DNA of 64,000 nucleotides from Verrucomicrobiota bacterium (GTDB lineage: Bacteria; Verrucomicrobiota; Verrucomicrobiia; Limisphaerales; AAA164-E04): positions 1,152,001 to 1,216,000 of the forward strand of contig CP170459.1 of the NCBI GenBank assembly GCA_047947115.1, written 5' to 3'. Below the pieces are notes generated by a model. The model was not told the origin of the DNA and ran no database searches. It saw only the letters and a list, made by a program, of their open reading frames with translations. The position numbers and the translations under genes were made by a program. Shown here one piece after another: positions 10,096-20,162 of the stretch (the stretch's first letter is position 1; every line of letters starts with the position of its first letter).

Positions 10096-13000
10096 ATGAA
10101 CCCAGACCATGGCCATCAAAAACATAACATTTCACTTGCTTCACGCATTATCCGCATCATCTCCAGTGTGCAGCATTTGATGTTTTCCGCAAATTCCACA
10201 AAGGAATTGTTCAGCAGTTTTTGCAGGGTACTCGCATCACAATCGGGAGTGCTGTCCGTAGGAGTGGGGCCTGCACACGAGGATTGTAAATTCGCACCCA
10301 TCTTTGAAGCCTGGGGGACAGCAGAAGACCTGCAACAAAGGAGTTACAGCAAAAATGCATGGGACTCTGATCAATTGATGGTCTGTAAAGCGTTGGTAAC
10401 CAAGACAAAATAGTTACGTGAGTGTGGTTGTGCTGTCGGGGAATTGAAAAAATGGGAAGAAAGTCAGGGGACTCAGATGATACTTCAGGTTCTTTGTGTT
10501 CCCTTGGTGCGCAACGGCGTGCTTACCCATGTGGTCCGCATATGTTTTGACAAGCCTGCTTTCAAGGACATTGACATGTTGGAATTAGCCAATGAGTTGG
10601 TGCAAAGCCTGGCTTTTGCGTTAAGCGCCATTCAAGATCGTTCCCTCTTATGTGAGAGGATGAAGGAGTTGGAATGTATCATAGATATCAGCCAGCATTT
10701 TTATACGGCCCGAACCATTTCTGACTCACATTTGAAGTATCTGGTGGAGCGATTACCTGCTGCCTTTCACAGGCCGGAAAATACGGGTGCGCGCCTAATT
10801 TTCAATGGTAGTGAATTTACAACGGATCACTTCGATTCGAACGCTCATGTCTTATCCTTTCCCATTGAAGTCGGCTCAGATCGTGTCTGCGGTGGATTTA
10901 TCGAAGTATCCGTTTCAGGAGACATGGAATATCCGTTTTTAAATGAAGAAACACCTCTTCTTAAGACGATTGCGAGAATGATCGGGGAGGTGGCTTCTCA
11001 TCAGGACTCCGAAAAAATGCTAAATCAGCATCAGAAACTCCTGGACATCGTATTCAATGCCTTTCCGGTTGCCATTACGATGTTCACGCCGGTTTTTGAC
11101 CTACAGGATAACTTGGTGGATTTTAAGCTGAAGTTATATAACCCAGATGCTGTTAACCTTTTACGATGTAAGCGTTCCGTAGTGGTCGGTGCCAGTTTGA
11201 GAAACGACATTTCATGCATGTCGAATATCGGGTTTTATGACCGGTTTGCCAGCGTCATGAGTTCCCGGAAGGATATAGAATTCGAACAGCGGGTTGACCA
11301 CAATGGCGAGGTGCGCTGGTTGCGTGTTGTCGCCAAGAGATGTCAGGATGGAATCGTGGCTACCATGGAGGACATTTCTTCTCAAAAGCACACCGAGTCC
11401 GAATTGACCCAAGAAGCCAAGAATTTCCAAGCGTTGATGGAATCTGCACCGGACGGCCTTTCGATTGTGGAAGTTGAAACAGGTAATTTCATGGAAAACA
11501 ACGCCGAGACTTGTCGGAAGCTCGGGTATGACCGTAATACCATGAGTTATCTCTCTGTGTATGACATCGATCCACATGCTGCATCGCACCGGGAAGAAAC
11601 CAAGGCCATGTGGAGACAAATTGTCAGGGATAATGTGCGCACCGTTATTTTTACCAAACAACAGCGCAAAGATGGCAGCCTTTATGATGCCGAGGTAAGT
11701 GTCGCCCCCATTACATATCGCGGTCGGAGCTGCATAATCGGAGCCGTGCGTGATGTGACTGAGCGGTTGCGCTCGGAATCTCAAATGAGGATGATGAGTA
11801 AAGCCTTGGATGGAGCTGCAAATCTCATAGTCATCACAGATCCGAATGCCAACATCCTTTATGTGAATCCAGCTTTTTGGGCAACAATCCCCGTATCTTG
11901 AAATCGGGGAAACATGATCAGGCTTTCTATGACAAGATGTGGACCGTGCTCCGGACGGGAGAAAAGTGGCAGGGGACCCTTGTCAATCAGTGTAAAAATG
12001 GCCGGGAGATAAATGTCGAAACAGTTATTACTCCTGTATTTGATAACACAGATACATTGACTCATTACATTGCGGTGCAGGAAGACGTTACCGAAAAATT
12101 ACAGTTGGAGCAGCAATTCCAGCGGGCACAGCGCATGGAAGTCATGGGGTTGATGGCTGGAGGTGTGGCTCATGATCTGAATAATATTTTGACGCCTCTT
12201 TTGCTCGCGGTGGATGTATTGAAATCCGGTCCCACCCCCAAACAACAAGAGGATATTTTGAACACAGTTGAAGATTCGGTGCAACGTGGTGCCGGCATCA
12301 TTCGCCAAATCCTTACTTTTGCCCGCGGAACGGAGGGTGAAAAGCAACATTTGAAAATGCAACCTTTGCTGAAGGAGGTGGTCAAACTCATCAGTGAAAC
12401 ATTCCCGCGTTCGATCCGGATCCGGCAAAAAATTGCGAATGACATGAGCACCTTGTTTTTTGATCCCAACCAGCTGCATCAAATCGCAATGAACCTGGCT
12501 GTCAACGCCAGAGATGCCATGCCAAACGGCGGCGTAATCACGATTGGGGCTGAAAATGTTGTGATTGAAAAGCCCATGCAGTTCCTCAATTTGGTCGCTT
12601 CCGCGGGAGCTTACATCCGTATGTTTGTCGAAGATACGGGTATGGGCATTGATAAGAAACAGATTGAACATATATTTGATCCATTTTACACGACCAAAAG
12701 CGAAGGCAAGGGAACGGGTTTAGCCCTCTCGACCGTTCTTGGTATCGTTAAAAGCAATCGGGGAATGATTCATGTGAATTCTGAAAAAGGAAAAGGAACG
12801 CGTGTCGATATCTACATTCCCGTAGCGCAGGAAGACGCAGAACCGCAAGATGCGGTTTCGAAAGAAAAAACAATTCTCCAGGGGAATGGTGAACATATTC
12901 TGCTTGTGGATGATGAAATTGAAATCCTCAAGGTGATAGCGGCGATCCTGCAGGCAAACGGATATGTGACATCTCAGGCAAAAGACGGAACGGAAGCCAT

Positions 13001-13274
13001 TGCCCTCATCGCATCCGCAAAAGAACCATTTGCTGCCGTGGTTTCAGATTTAATGATGCCATTCATGGATGGAATGTCCTTGAAGCGCGCCACCATCAAA
13101 CTAGACCCCACTCTGCCTTTCATTATGAGCAGCGGTATATTGGATGCCGATTTTATGGACGATAAGGTCAAAGAACTGAAAGACATGGGAGTGAATGAAT
13201 TTCTGGTGAAACCATACAAAAGAGAAGTGTTGTTGATGGCACTCAACAAAGTCGTGCGAAAACCAAGTTGTTGA
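10096..13274 (+). pseudogene. Multi-PAS hybrid histidine kinase broken by a nonsense codon and a frameshifting deletion
   Basis: ORFs 10096..10413 and 10444..11901 share a frame and are separated by a TAG. At about 11878 YVNPAF jumps frame to GNNPRILKSG. The distal part has AHDLNN, N/G1/F/G2 boxes and a receiver domain. Confidence 0.85.
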
Positions 13275-13450
13275 AACAACATGGCGGGACAAAGTCTCTC
13301 CTTAGCCGGAGTTTTGAGAAATGGGTTCCTTGTTGTTTCAAGGACGTTGCATTCAATCAGATTCTAAAGCTTTGTTTTGAATCAACATTCCGTCAGTCGA
13401 AGTATCCCATTGAATTCTCAAAACGATGCCCGCAGAATATGCCCGTCCCT

Positions 13451-14878
13451 ATGAAAAAACTGTTTAAGGTTTATTTTGATCACCTGCTGTTGGGCTTTAT
13501 TGGAGTGCTTCTGATTTGTTCCCTCACTCAAATCCGGGCAACCAGGTCTCCCAACATCATTTACATTCTAGCAGATGACATGGGCTTTGGCGACCTGAGT
13601 TGTTACGGTCAGAGCACTCTTAAAACCCCTCACATTGATCGAATGGCCAAAGAGGGCATACGCTTTACCCAGCACTATGCGGGTTCCACGGTCTGCGCGC
13701 CTTCACGGTGTGTCTTGCTCACAGGGATGCACACAGGGCATACTCGCATCCGCGGCAATGACAAAGCCTTGTTGCGTCCGCGGGATGTGACGATTGCTGA
13801 GACCCTCAAAGATGCCGGTTATGCGACAGGTTGTGTTGGTAAATGGGGAGTGGGACATCCGCCGCCTCTGGATGATCCTCAACGGAACGGATTCGATTAT
13901 TTCTATGGCTACATCAACATGTACCATGCTCATAATTTCTATCCCGAATGGATGATTGAGAACGGCAGGAAAGTAAAGCTGCGCAACATCGTTTATCCTG
14001 AATACGACGAACCCAAGGAACGAGAAGGGCGGGGAGTCGCATCACAGAAGGTCGACTACGCGCCCGAACTCATCGCCCAGGCCGGTCTTCGTTTCATCGA
14101 AGATCACCGCGACGAACCTTTTTTTCTCTACTTCGCCATGAACATGCCCCATGCGAACAATGAAGGTGGCAACGATGAACGGTCCAAGTGTAATGGCATG
14201 GAAGTGCCTGATCACGGTCAATTCAAAGACCGTGATTGGCCAGAGCAGGAAAAAGGGTTTGCCCGTATGATGGAAATCATCGACCACCAGGTCGGCCGCG
14301 TGCTGGACAAACTGGACGAACTGGGGCTCGCGGAAAACACGCTGGTTTTGTTTTCCAGTGACAATGGACCTCATCAGGAAGGCGGACACAAGATGCCGTT
14401 CTTCGATTCCAATGGTCCGCTGAAAGGAAAGAAGCGCGACCTTTACGAAGGTGGCATTCGTGTGCCGATGATTGCCCGTTGGCCGGGTCGCATCCAGTCC
14501 GGAACTGAAACGGACTTGTTGTCCGGTTTTCAGGATGTCTTGCCAACGCTTGCCGAAGTGGCAGGCAAGTCGGTCACATTGACGGATGGCATCAGTTTTC
14601 TGCCCACCCTCCTCGGTGGTTCGGATCATCAGGAAAAGCACGATTTCCTTTACTGGGAATTTTATGAACAAGGCGGCAAGCGAGCCATCCGCAAAGGACT
14701 GTGGAAGGGGGTTCAACGCAATATCATTCTCAATCCGAATGCACCGGTCGAACTCTACGATCTGTCGCTGGACATCGGCGAAGACACGGATGTCAGTGCT
14801 CAACACCCAACCATTGTTGCTGAACTAAAACGACTCATGGACCAATCCCATGTTGAACGATATGACTCCGAAATTTGA
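13451..14878 (+). CDS. Arylsulfatase (formylglycine-dependent, S1)
   Basis: PNIIYILADDMG, CAPSRCVLLTG, GKWG, SDNG, YEGGIRVP; signal peptide. Confidence 0.95.
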   Translation: MKKLFKVYFDHLLLGFIGVLLICSLTQIRATRSPNIIYILADDMGFGDLSCYGQSTLKTPHIDRMAKEGIRFTQHYAGSTVCAPSRCVLLTGMHTGHTRIRGNDKALLRPRDVTIAETLKDAGYATGCVGKWGVGHPPPLDDPQRNGFDYFYGYINMYHAHNFYPEWMIENGRKVKLRNIVYPEYDEPKEREGRGVASQKVDYAPELIAQAGLRFIEDHRDEPFFLYFAMNMPHANNEGGNDERSKCNGMEVPDHGQFKDRDWPEQEKGFARMMEIIDHQVGRVLDKLDELGLAENTLVLFSSDNGPHQEGGHKMPFFDSNGPLKGKKRDLYEGGIRVPMIARWPGRIQSGTETDLLSGFQDVLPTLAEVAGKSVTLTDGISFLPTLLGGSDHQEKHDFLYWEFYEQGGKRAIRKGLWKGVQRNIILNPNAPVELYDLSLDIGEDTDVSAQHPTIVAELKRLMDQSHVERYDSEI

Positions 14879-14921
14879 AAGAGTCATGAACATTTCACCC
14901 AAACGAAGAATGATTCACTTT

Positions 14922-15956
14922 ATGAAAATCAAAAAGCTTTCGAATAAAATATTCCCCGCCTTTTCCGGTCTAATATGCGCGGTCACTTGCTCTTTGTTTT
15001 GTTTGCTCGAAACAAGCTCGGTGTTGTCCGATGATCTTTCATTGAAATCACTCGTGACCAGCCGGGTGTTGGTTCTGGGGGACAGCATCACCTATGGCGG
15101 ACAATACGTCGCCGACCTTGAAACCTATCTTCGATTGACCTTTCCCGATCAACCGGTGAACATTTTGAATCAGGGATTACCCAGCGAAACGGTCTCCGGA
15201 TTATCCGAACCGGGTCATGCGGGCGGCAAATTTCCCAGACCCGATCTCCACGAACGTCTTGATCGCGCCCTGGCCAAACTTAAACCTGAAATCGTTCTTG
15301 CCTGCTATGGCATGAACTGCGGCATTTATCACCCCTACAGTGTGGATCGTTTCGAGGCCTACAAAGTCGGCATGCGCCGATTGCACGATCGCGTGGTGGC
15401 CGCCGGAGCTGAAATCATCCACGTCACGCCTCCTGTGTTTGACCCAAAACCCATTGCTCAACGTACACTCCCGGCTGGTTTGGATGTCTATGGGCAACCC
15501 TACGAAGGTTATGACGAGGTATTGGGACTGTATGCTGCCTGGTTGCTTGCCATGCGTGGAGAGGGGTGGAAAGTGGTGGATATCCACAGCCCCATGAAAC
15601 AGCTCTTGTTGGACAGGCGAGCCAAAGATCCGGACTTTCGATTTGCAGGTGACGGCGTCCATATGAATGCTGAGGCGCATTGGTTGACAGCTCAATGGAT
15701 CCTTGGTTTTTTCGGTGCCAGCGATCATTTCGGCAAATGGCCAACACCGGATGCAATGGCCGCTTCCCAGCTTGGTAAACTATCCGATTTGCCCAATCTG
15801 ATCAAACAACGCCAACGCCTTCTTTGCGATTCCTGGCTGACCGACATCGGCCACCTGCGTCCCGGCATGTCCAAAGGACTTCCTATCAATGAGGCCATCG
15901 AGAAAGCAAATGAGTTGGATGCTCAGGTGCGGGATTTAATCACAGATAGGGAGTGA
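14922..15956 (+). CDS. SGNH/GDSL hydrolase
   Basis: VLVLGDSITYGG, YGMN, DGVH. Start uncertain (14850-14922). Confidence 0.9.
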   Translation: MKIKKLSNKIFPAFSGLICAVTCSLFCLLETSSVLSDDLSLKSLVTSRVLVLGDSITYGGQYVADLETYLRLTFPDQPVNILNQGLPSETVSGLSEPGHAGGKFPRPDLHERLDRALAKLKPEIVLACYGMNCGIYHPYSVDRFEAYKVGMRRLHDRVVAAGAEIIHVTPPVFDPKPIAQRTLPAGLDVYGQPYEGYDEVLGLYAAWLLAMRGEGWKVVDIHSPMKQLLLDRRAKDPDFRFAGDGVHMNAEAHWLTAQWILGFFGASDHFGKWPTPDAMAASQLGKLSDLPNLIKQRQRLLCDSWLTDIGHLRPGMSKGLPINEAIEKANELDAQVRDLITDRE

Positions 15957-16384
15957 TGGGCGTAGTTCATTTTTTAGACCATGGAGGGGAAAGTTTCTGA
16001 GCAAAGGGAATGGAACGCAGGGAGACGATCTTTCATCGAATGATTGTGGCATTTCCATTGCAGCTTGAAAGGGTTCCAAAGCACTGAGGTCTGAAGTGGG
16101 TGTAAGTCGGAGCTTACCCCTCCGGTGATGGATTTCTAAATTTTGAACTGAGCCTCGGGGTGATGGCTCCCCAGATTTCGGTTTGCTTATGATCGCGTTA
16201 GAGTTTTGATTGAGTTGATGCACTCCAAGGCCAGACTGTCACTTCGTAAAGCTCATGGATGACGCTGTTTACCCATCGGAGTAACACCATTTTCTAGAAT
16301 TGAGAGAAAGAGTCATAAATTCCTAGTTGAAACCTTGATCTTTTTTGGCATGTTGGTAGCAATTGTTGTAACATATCTGAGCTT

Positions 16385-16741
16385 ATGAGCGAATCGAATC
16401 AATCCTTGAAAATCGTGGCCTACCTGAAACCTACCTGTGGATGGAGCCAAGGTGTGCGTGCTATCATGCGCAAATACAACCTTTCTTTCGAAGACCGGGA
16501 CATCATCAATAATCCCGCTCAACGTCAGGAAATGATCATGAAAAGTGGGCAAATGCTGAGCCCCTGCGTGGAAATCAACGGCCAAATGTTGGCCGACGTC
16601 AGTGGTGAAGAAGTGGAAGCTTTCATGCTGGCCAACGGCATGGTGCAACCTTCCAACGTCCTACCCGATGCACCGATCAATGCTCCTTGCCCTGATGAAA
16701 TGCATGAGCCACAGGCTCAATCCATGAATTTCCGGTCATAA
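16385..16741 (+). CDS. Glutaredoxin-like protein (monothiol-type CGWS)
   Basis: YLKPTCGWSQGVR, SGQMLSPCVEING. Confidence 0.85.
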   Translation: MSESNQSLKIVAYLKPTCGWSQGVRAIMRKYNLSFEDRDIINNPAQRQEMIMKSGQMLSPCVEINGQMLADVSGEEVEAFMLANGMVQPSNVLPDAPINAPCPDEMHEPQAQSMNFRS

Positions 16742-16769
16742 GCAGTATCGACCATCGAAAATTTAGTGT

Positions 16770-16805
16770 GAAAACGGAAGCCTTCCCGGGCTTCCGTTTT
16801 TCTTT
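16770..16805 (+). terminator. Rho-independent terminator
   Basis: AAAACGGAAGCC-ttcccg-GGCTTCCGTTTT followed by TCTTT. Confidence 0.85.
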
Positions 16806-16854
16806 GGGTCTTTCCAAGCAAAGCGTTTAACGGCAGTATACCGGCGCAAATCGG

Positions 16855-18468
16855 ATGAAAAAGGCGGCAACCAAATCAACTTCCAAACCATGGACCCTCA
16901 CGGACGTGGTCGATTTTGAGTATTTCGTGCTGCAACACTCCGGAGAGAAGGCTGCGGAAACGGGCCAGCACTTGCGACATTGGTTTCAAGCACACCGCGC
17001 GGAGGCAGATGTGCTTGATCAGTCGGATCTGTCAGATCGATCGGATCAGGCCGATCCCTCCACCCTGCGGGCCTGGTTGGAGGAGCAACGTTCAAACCTG
17101 CCCGAAACCTTTCCTCAACCCGGTGAATCCTGGGCAGGATTCATGCGCTTGCTGAGTGCCGTGTTTGTGTTGGCCGGGCTCTTGACCGGAACCGGCGTTG
17201 CTTCGGGACTTTTACGCTACGACGGGGTGCAGCCGGTGAATGTGGCCTTGTTCCTGGGGATCCTGGTGGTGTTCCAAGCGGGTTGGAATGTGGTTTCGCT
17301 CCTGCTCCTGGCAGGAAAGGGGAGCGCGTTGTTGCCGGCCAACTCAGGGCTGGGTCGTCAAGTGTGTGGCATGTCGTTCCGTTGGGTGGCCACGCGCCTG
17401 CACCGTCATGTGTGGTCGCATCTGCCTGCTGAACAACGCTTGCAATGGGAATCATTCTGGAAACAACTCAGTCGTGATCACGGTTGTTCCGGAAAATACC
17501 TCACATGGCCGATCCTCTGTCGGGTTCAGTTGCTTGGTGTCGCTTTCAACGTCGGTGCGGTTCTGACTTTTTCCCTGAGCGTGATGTTCCGGGACCTGGC
17601 TTTCGGATGGCAGACATCCATGGAACAACTTTCCAACACGGTCGTGGCTTCCTGGGTCAAATGGATGGCCTTGCCCTGGAGCCCATGGCTGGGGGAAGGG
17701 CAGGGGTACCCGTCTCCTGACCAAATTGAAGGAAGCCGCATCATTTTGAGAGAGGGCATTGCCGGTCTGCAAAATGAGAACCTGACCGCCTGGTGGCTGT
17801 TTCTTCTGATGTGCCTCTGCGTTTACGGTTTGTTGCCCCGCTTGATGTTGTGGGGTTGGAGCGGTTGGTTGGGTCGTCGCCACATCAGAATGTATCCTCT
17901 GAAAAGCCCATCTGCGAAGAAACTTTGGGAACAATTCCAGACTCCCTACCTGAATGTCACCCGGCAACCTTTTCAGAGCGCCGACAATGGTGGTGAGACC
18001 ATCACCTCGGATACCTTACCTGACTCAAATACTCAGCCCGACCAGCCATATCCAAACTATTCCAATGAAATTCCCTGCTTGGTTATGGTGGATAACGACC
18101 TGTCCGATATCATCGAGTCCGGCGATCTTGATCAACAGTTACTCCCGTATGGATGGAATGTGGTTGGACATGATTCTATTTCAGGTCCAATCATGAATAA
18201 CCGATTTCAAACACTTCCAGGCGATATCCAATGCGTTCTCTGGATTCAGGAAGCCTGGCAACCGCCCATCATGGAGAAAATGGACCAGATGAAGCAGTGC
18301 CGAAAAACTCTCCCCCGACATGTGTTGTTGTTGGTGGGACTCATTGGAAAACCAACCCGGGAAACTTGGTTGACCGCCGTGCGTGAAAGGGACTTCGAAA
18401 TTTGGACTCAATTCGTGACGAAACATCTGCCTGACGGAACACAGGTCAAATGCCTGGTGGAACCATGA
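16855..18468 (+). CDS. DUF2868-like membrane protein
   Basis: DLAFGWQTS, YPSPDQIEGSR, WWLFLLMCLCVYGLLPR, EAWQPP; translationally coupled to the downstream GTPase. Confidence 0.75.
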   Translation: MKKAATKSTSKPWTLTDVVDFEYFVLQHSGEKAAETGQHLRHWFQAHRAEADVLDQSDLSDRSDQADPSTLRAWLEEQRSNLPETFPQPGESWAGFMRLLSAVFVLAGLLTGTGVASGLLRYDGVQPVNVALFLGILVVFQAGWNVVSLLLLAGKGSALLPANSGLGRQVCGMSFRWVATRLHRHVWSHLPAEQRLQWESFWKQLSRDHGCSGKYLTWPILCRVQLLGVAFNVGAVLTFSLSVMFRDLAFGWQTSMEQLSNTVVASWVKWMALPWSPWLGEGQGYPSPDQIEGSRIILREGIAGLQNENLTAWWLFLLMCLCVYGLLPRLMLWGWSGWLGRRHIRMYPLKSPSAKKLWEQFQTPYLNVTRQPFQSADNGGETITSDTLPDSNTQPDQPYPNYSNEIPCLVMVDNDLSDIIESGDLDQQLLPYGWNVVGHDSISGPIMNNRFQTLPGDIQCVLWIQEAWQPPIMEKMDQMKQCRKTLPRHVLLLVGLIGKPTRETWLTAVRERDFEIWTQFVTKHLPDGTQVKCLVEP

Positions 18469-19889
18469 GCTCTGAAGCACACATTCCAACCTTTGCCGTG
18501 GTGGGCCATCCCAACGAAGGCAAATCTTCGGTGGTAGCCACCCTTACCGAAGATGATTCGGTCCGCATCAGTGATTTTCCGGGCGAGACGACCATCTGCT
18601 CCGACTACTCTGTGCGTGTGGATGACCGGGTGTTGATTCGTTTTTTGGACACGCCCGGGTTCCAGCACCCCAAGAAAACGCTGGATTGGATGCAACAGTA
18701 TATTGATCAGGGCCAACATCCGGCCAAAGCCTTTGTGGAAGCTTTTCGCCAAGACACCTCAAAGCGTCACGACGTCGAATTGATGACCCCTCTGGCGGCC
18801 GGAGCGGGGATCATTTATGTGGTGGATGGATCACGTCCACTTCGGAAAAGTGATTTGTGTGAAATGGAAATCCTGCGCATGACAGGCAACCCGCGCCTGG
18901 CTTTGATCAATCCGAAAGATGGTGAGGACACTTTTTTACAGGATTGGAAAGATGCCTGTGCCAGGACCTTCAATTTGACACGCACCTTCAACGCACATCA
19001 TGCCTCCTTTGGCGAACGTATGGCTTTGCTGGAAAGTCTTAAGCGCATGCACCAGGACTGGGAACCGGCGATGGTACAGGCGGTCGGGGCATTTGAAGCG
19101 GACTGGAAAGGTCGCAACCGAGAAGCGGCTCGCGTCATGACCGAATGCCTTACCAAAGCGTTGGAACTGCAAACCGAGGGCAAGGCTTCGGAACAGAAAC
19201 AGGAGGACGCCATTCGTAAACGCCTGGTGGAAGATTACCAGCAATCCATCATCAAATTAGAGGAGAATGCCCAATCTAAGATCCGGGTGCTTTACCGCCA
19301 TCGACAATTTCGTCCCAGACTTCCCGAACAATCCATCCTGCGAGAAGATCTCTTTACCGAACGGAGTTGGCAGTTGCTTGGTTTAAGTCGGCGCCAGATC
19401 ATCATGGCGGCGGCCATTCTCGGTGGTGGTGCAGGCGTGAAATTGGACCTGTTGTTTGCGAACTTATCCTTTGGATTGTTCACCTTGAGTGGCGCAACCT
19501 TGGCGGCGGTAGGGGCGTGGTTGAAGGGCGAGAACATGGCGCGCGTTTCAGTAAAGCGGATGAAGATTGGCGGAGTGCATCTGACAGTCGGCCCCAATAG
19601 AAATCCGCAATTCCCATTCGTTCTCATGGATCGGTTGCTCCTTTACTACCAGATCATCATCAACTGGGCACACGCCCGCCAGGATCACATTCAGAACGTG
19701 GCCCGGGTGGAAGATGAGACCAAAATGGGTTTCACCTCTCAATGGGACCGGAAACAACGCGATACCTACGCGCAGTTTTTCAAAAAGCTCAGATCAAACA
19801 AGGAGACGGACCGCGAAAGTGCGCTTGCCGAAATGCAGGATGCCATTGAAAAAGTTCTCTGGAGTATTTCTCATGATAAAATAGCGTGA
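18465..19889 (+). CDS. GTPase with DUF3482-like C-terminal domain
   Basis: G1 GHPNEGKS, G2 PGET, G3 DTPG; central hydrophobic Gly-rich hairpin; WAHAR. Confidence 0.85.
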   Translation: MSSEAHIPTFAVVGHPNEGKSSVVATLTEDDSVRISDFPGETTICSDYSVRVDDRVLIRFLDTPGFQHPKKTLDWMQQYIDQGQHPAKAFVEAFRQDTSKRHDVELMTPLAAGAGIIYVVDGSRPLRKSDLCEMEILRMTGNPRLALINPKDGEDTFLQDWKDACARTFNLTRTFNAHHASFGERMALLESLKRMHQDWEPAMVQAVGAFEADWKGRNREAARVMTECLTKALELQTEGKASEQKQEDAIRKRLVEDYQQSIIKLEENAQSKIRVLYRHRQFRPRLPEQSILREDLFTERSWQLLGLSRRQIIMAAAILGGGAGVKLDLLFANLSFGLFTLSGATLAAVGAWLKGENMARVSVKRMKIGGVHLTVGPNRNPQFPFVLMDRLLLYYQIIINWAHARQDHIQNVARVEDETKMGFTSQWDRKQRDTYAQFFKKLRSNKETDRESALAEMQDAIEKVLWSISHDKIA

Positions 19890-19973
19890 GCTGAGACCTG
19901 TCACTTTTCGGTTTTTGGGTGCATGTTGGCTTCCCTTTGGAAGCTGAAAATCGAAATCCTGAGCTACAAGGTT

Positions 19974-20041
19974 GCGGGCCGGGGACGACCCGATCTACCT
20001 GCAATGTGCCCCAAGGTAGAGCGTGTCGTCCCCGACGCGCC
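19974..20041. repeat. GTAG-type REP-like pair
   Basis: GCGGGCCGGGGACGACCCGATCTACC followed by GGTAGAGCGTGTCGTCCCCGACGCGCC; related copies at 26765-26790 and 59833-59860. Confidence 0.7.
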
Positions 20042-20104
20042 ACCCTCAGGGTGTCCGATTTTCCGACTCACATTCAAAGGAAAATCCCGAGAACCTCCCC
20101 CTAC

Positions 20105-20139
20105 AAAAAACCCCCAAGGTCATCAGATCTTGGGGGTTT
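20105..20139 (-). terminator. Rho-independent terminator
   Basis: AAAAAACCCCCAAG...CTTGGGGGTTT just past the stop of the 1341-aa gene. Confidence 0.8.
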
Positions 20140-20162
20140 GCCTGAATAATTTTCAACTTCGA

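Noticed and set aside
1109..10413. Two in-frame TAG codons suggesting amber read-through or recoding
   Set aside because: Both genes also carry frameshifts, and TAG ends intact genes here (e.g. msrA). Pseudogenisation is the simpler explanation.
15957..16384. Intergenic stretch with small ORFs
   Set aside because: No motif, repeat or coding signal I can support.
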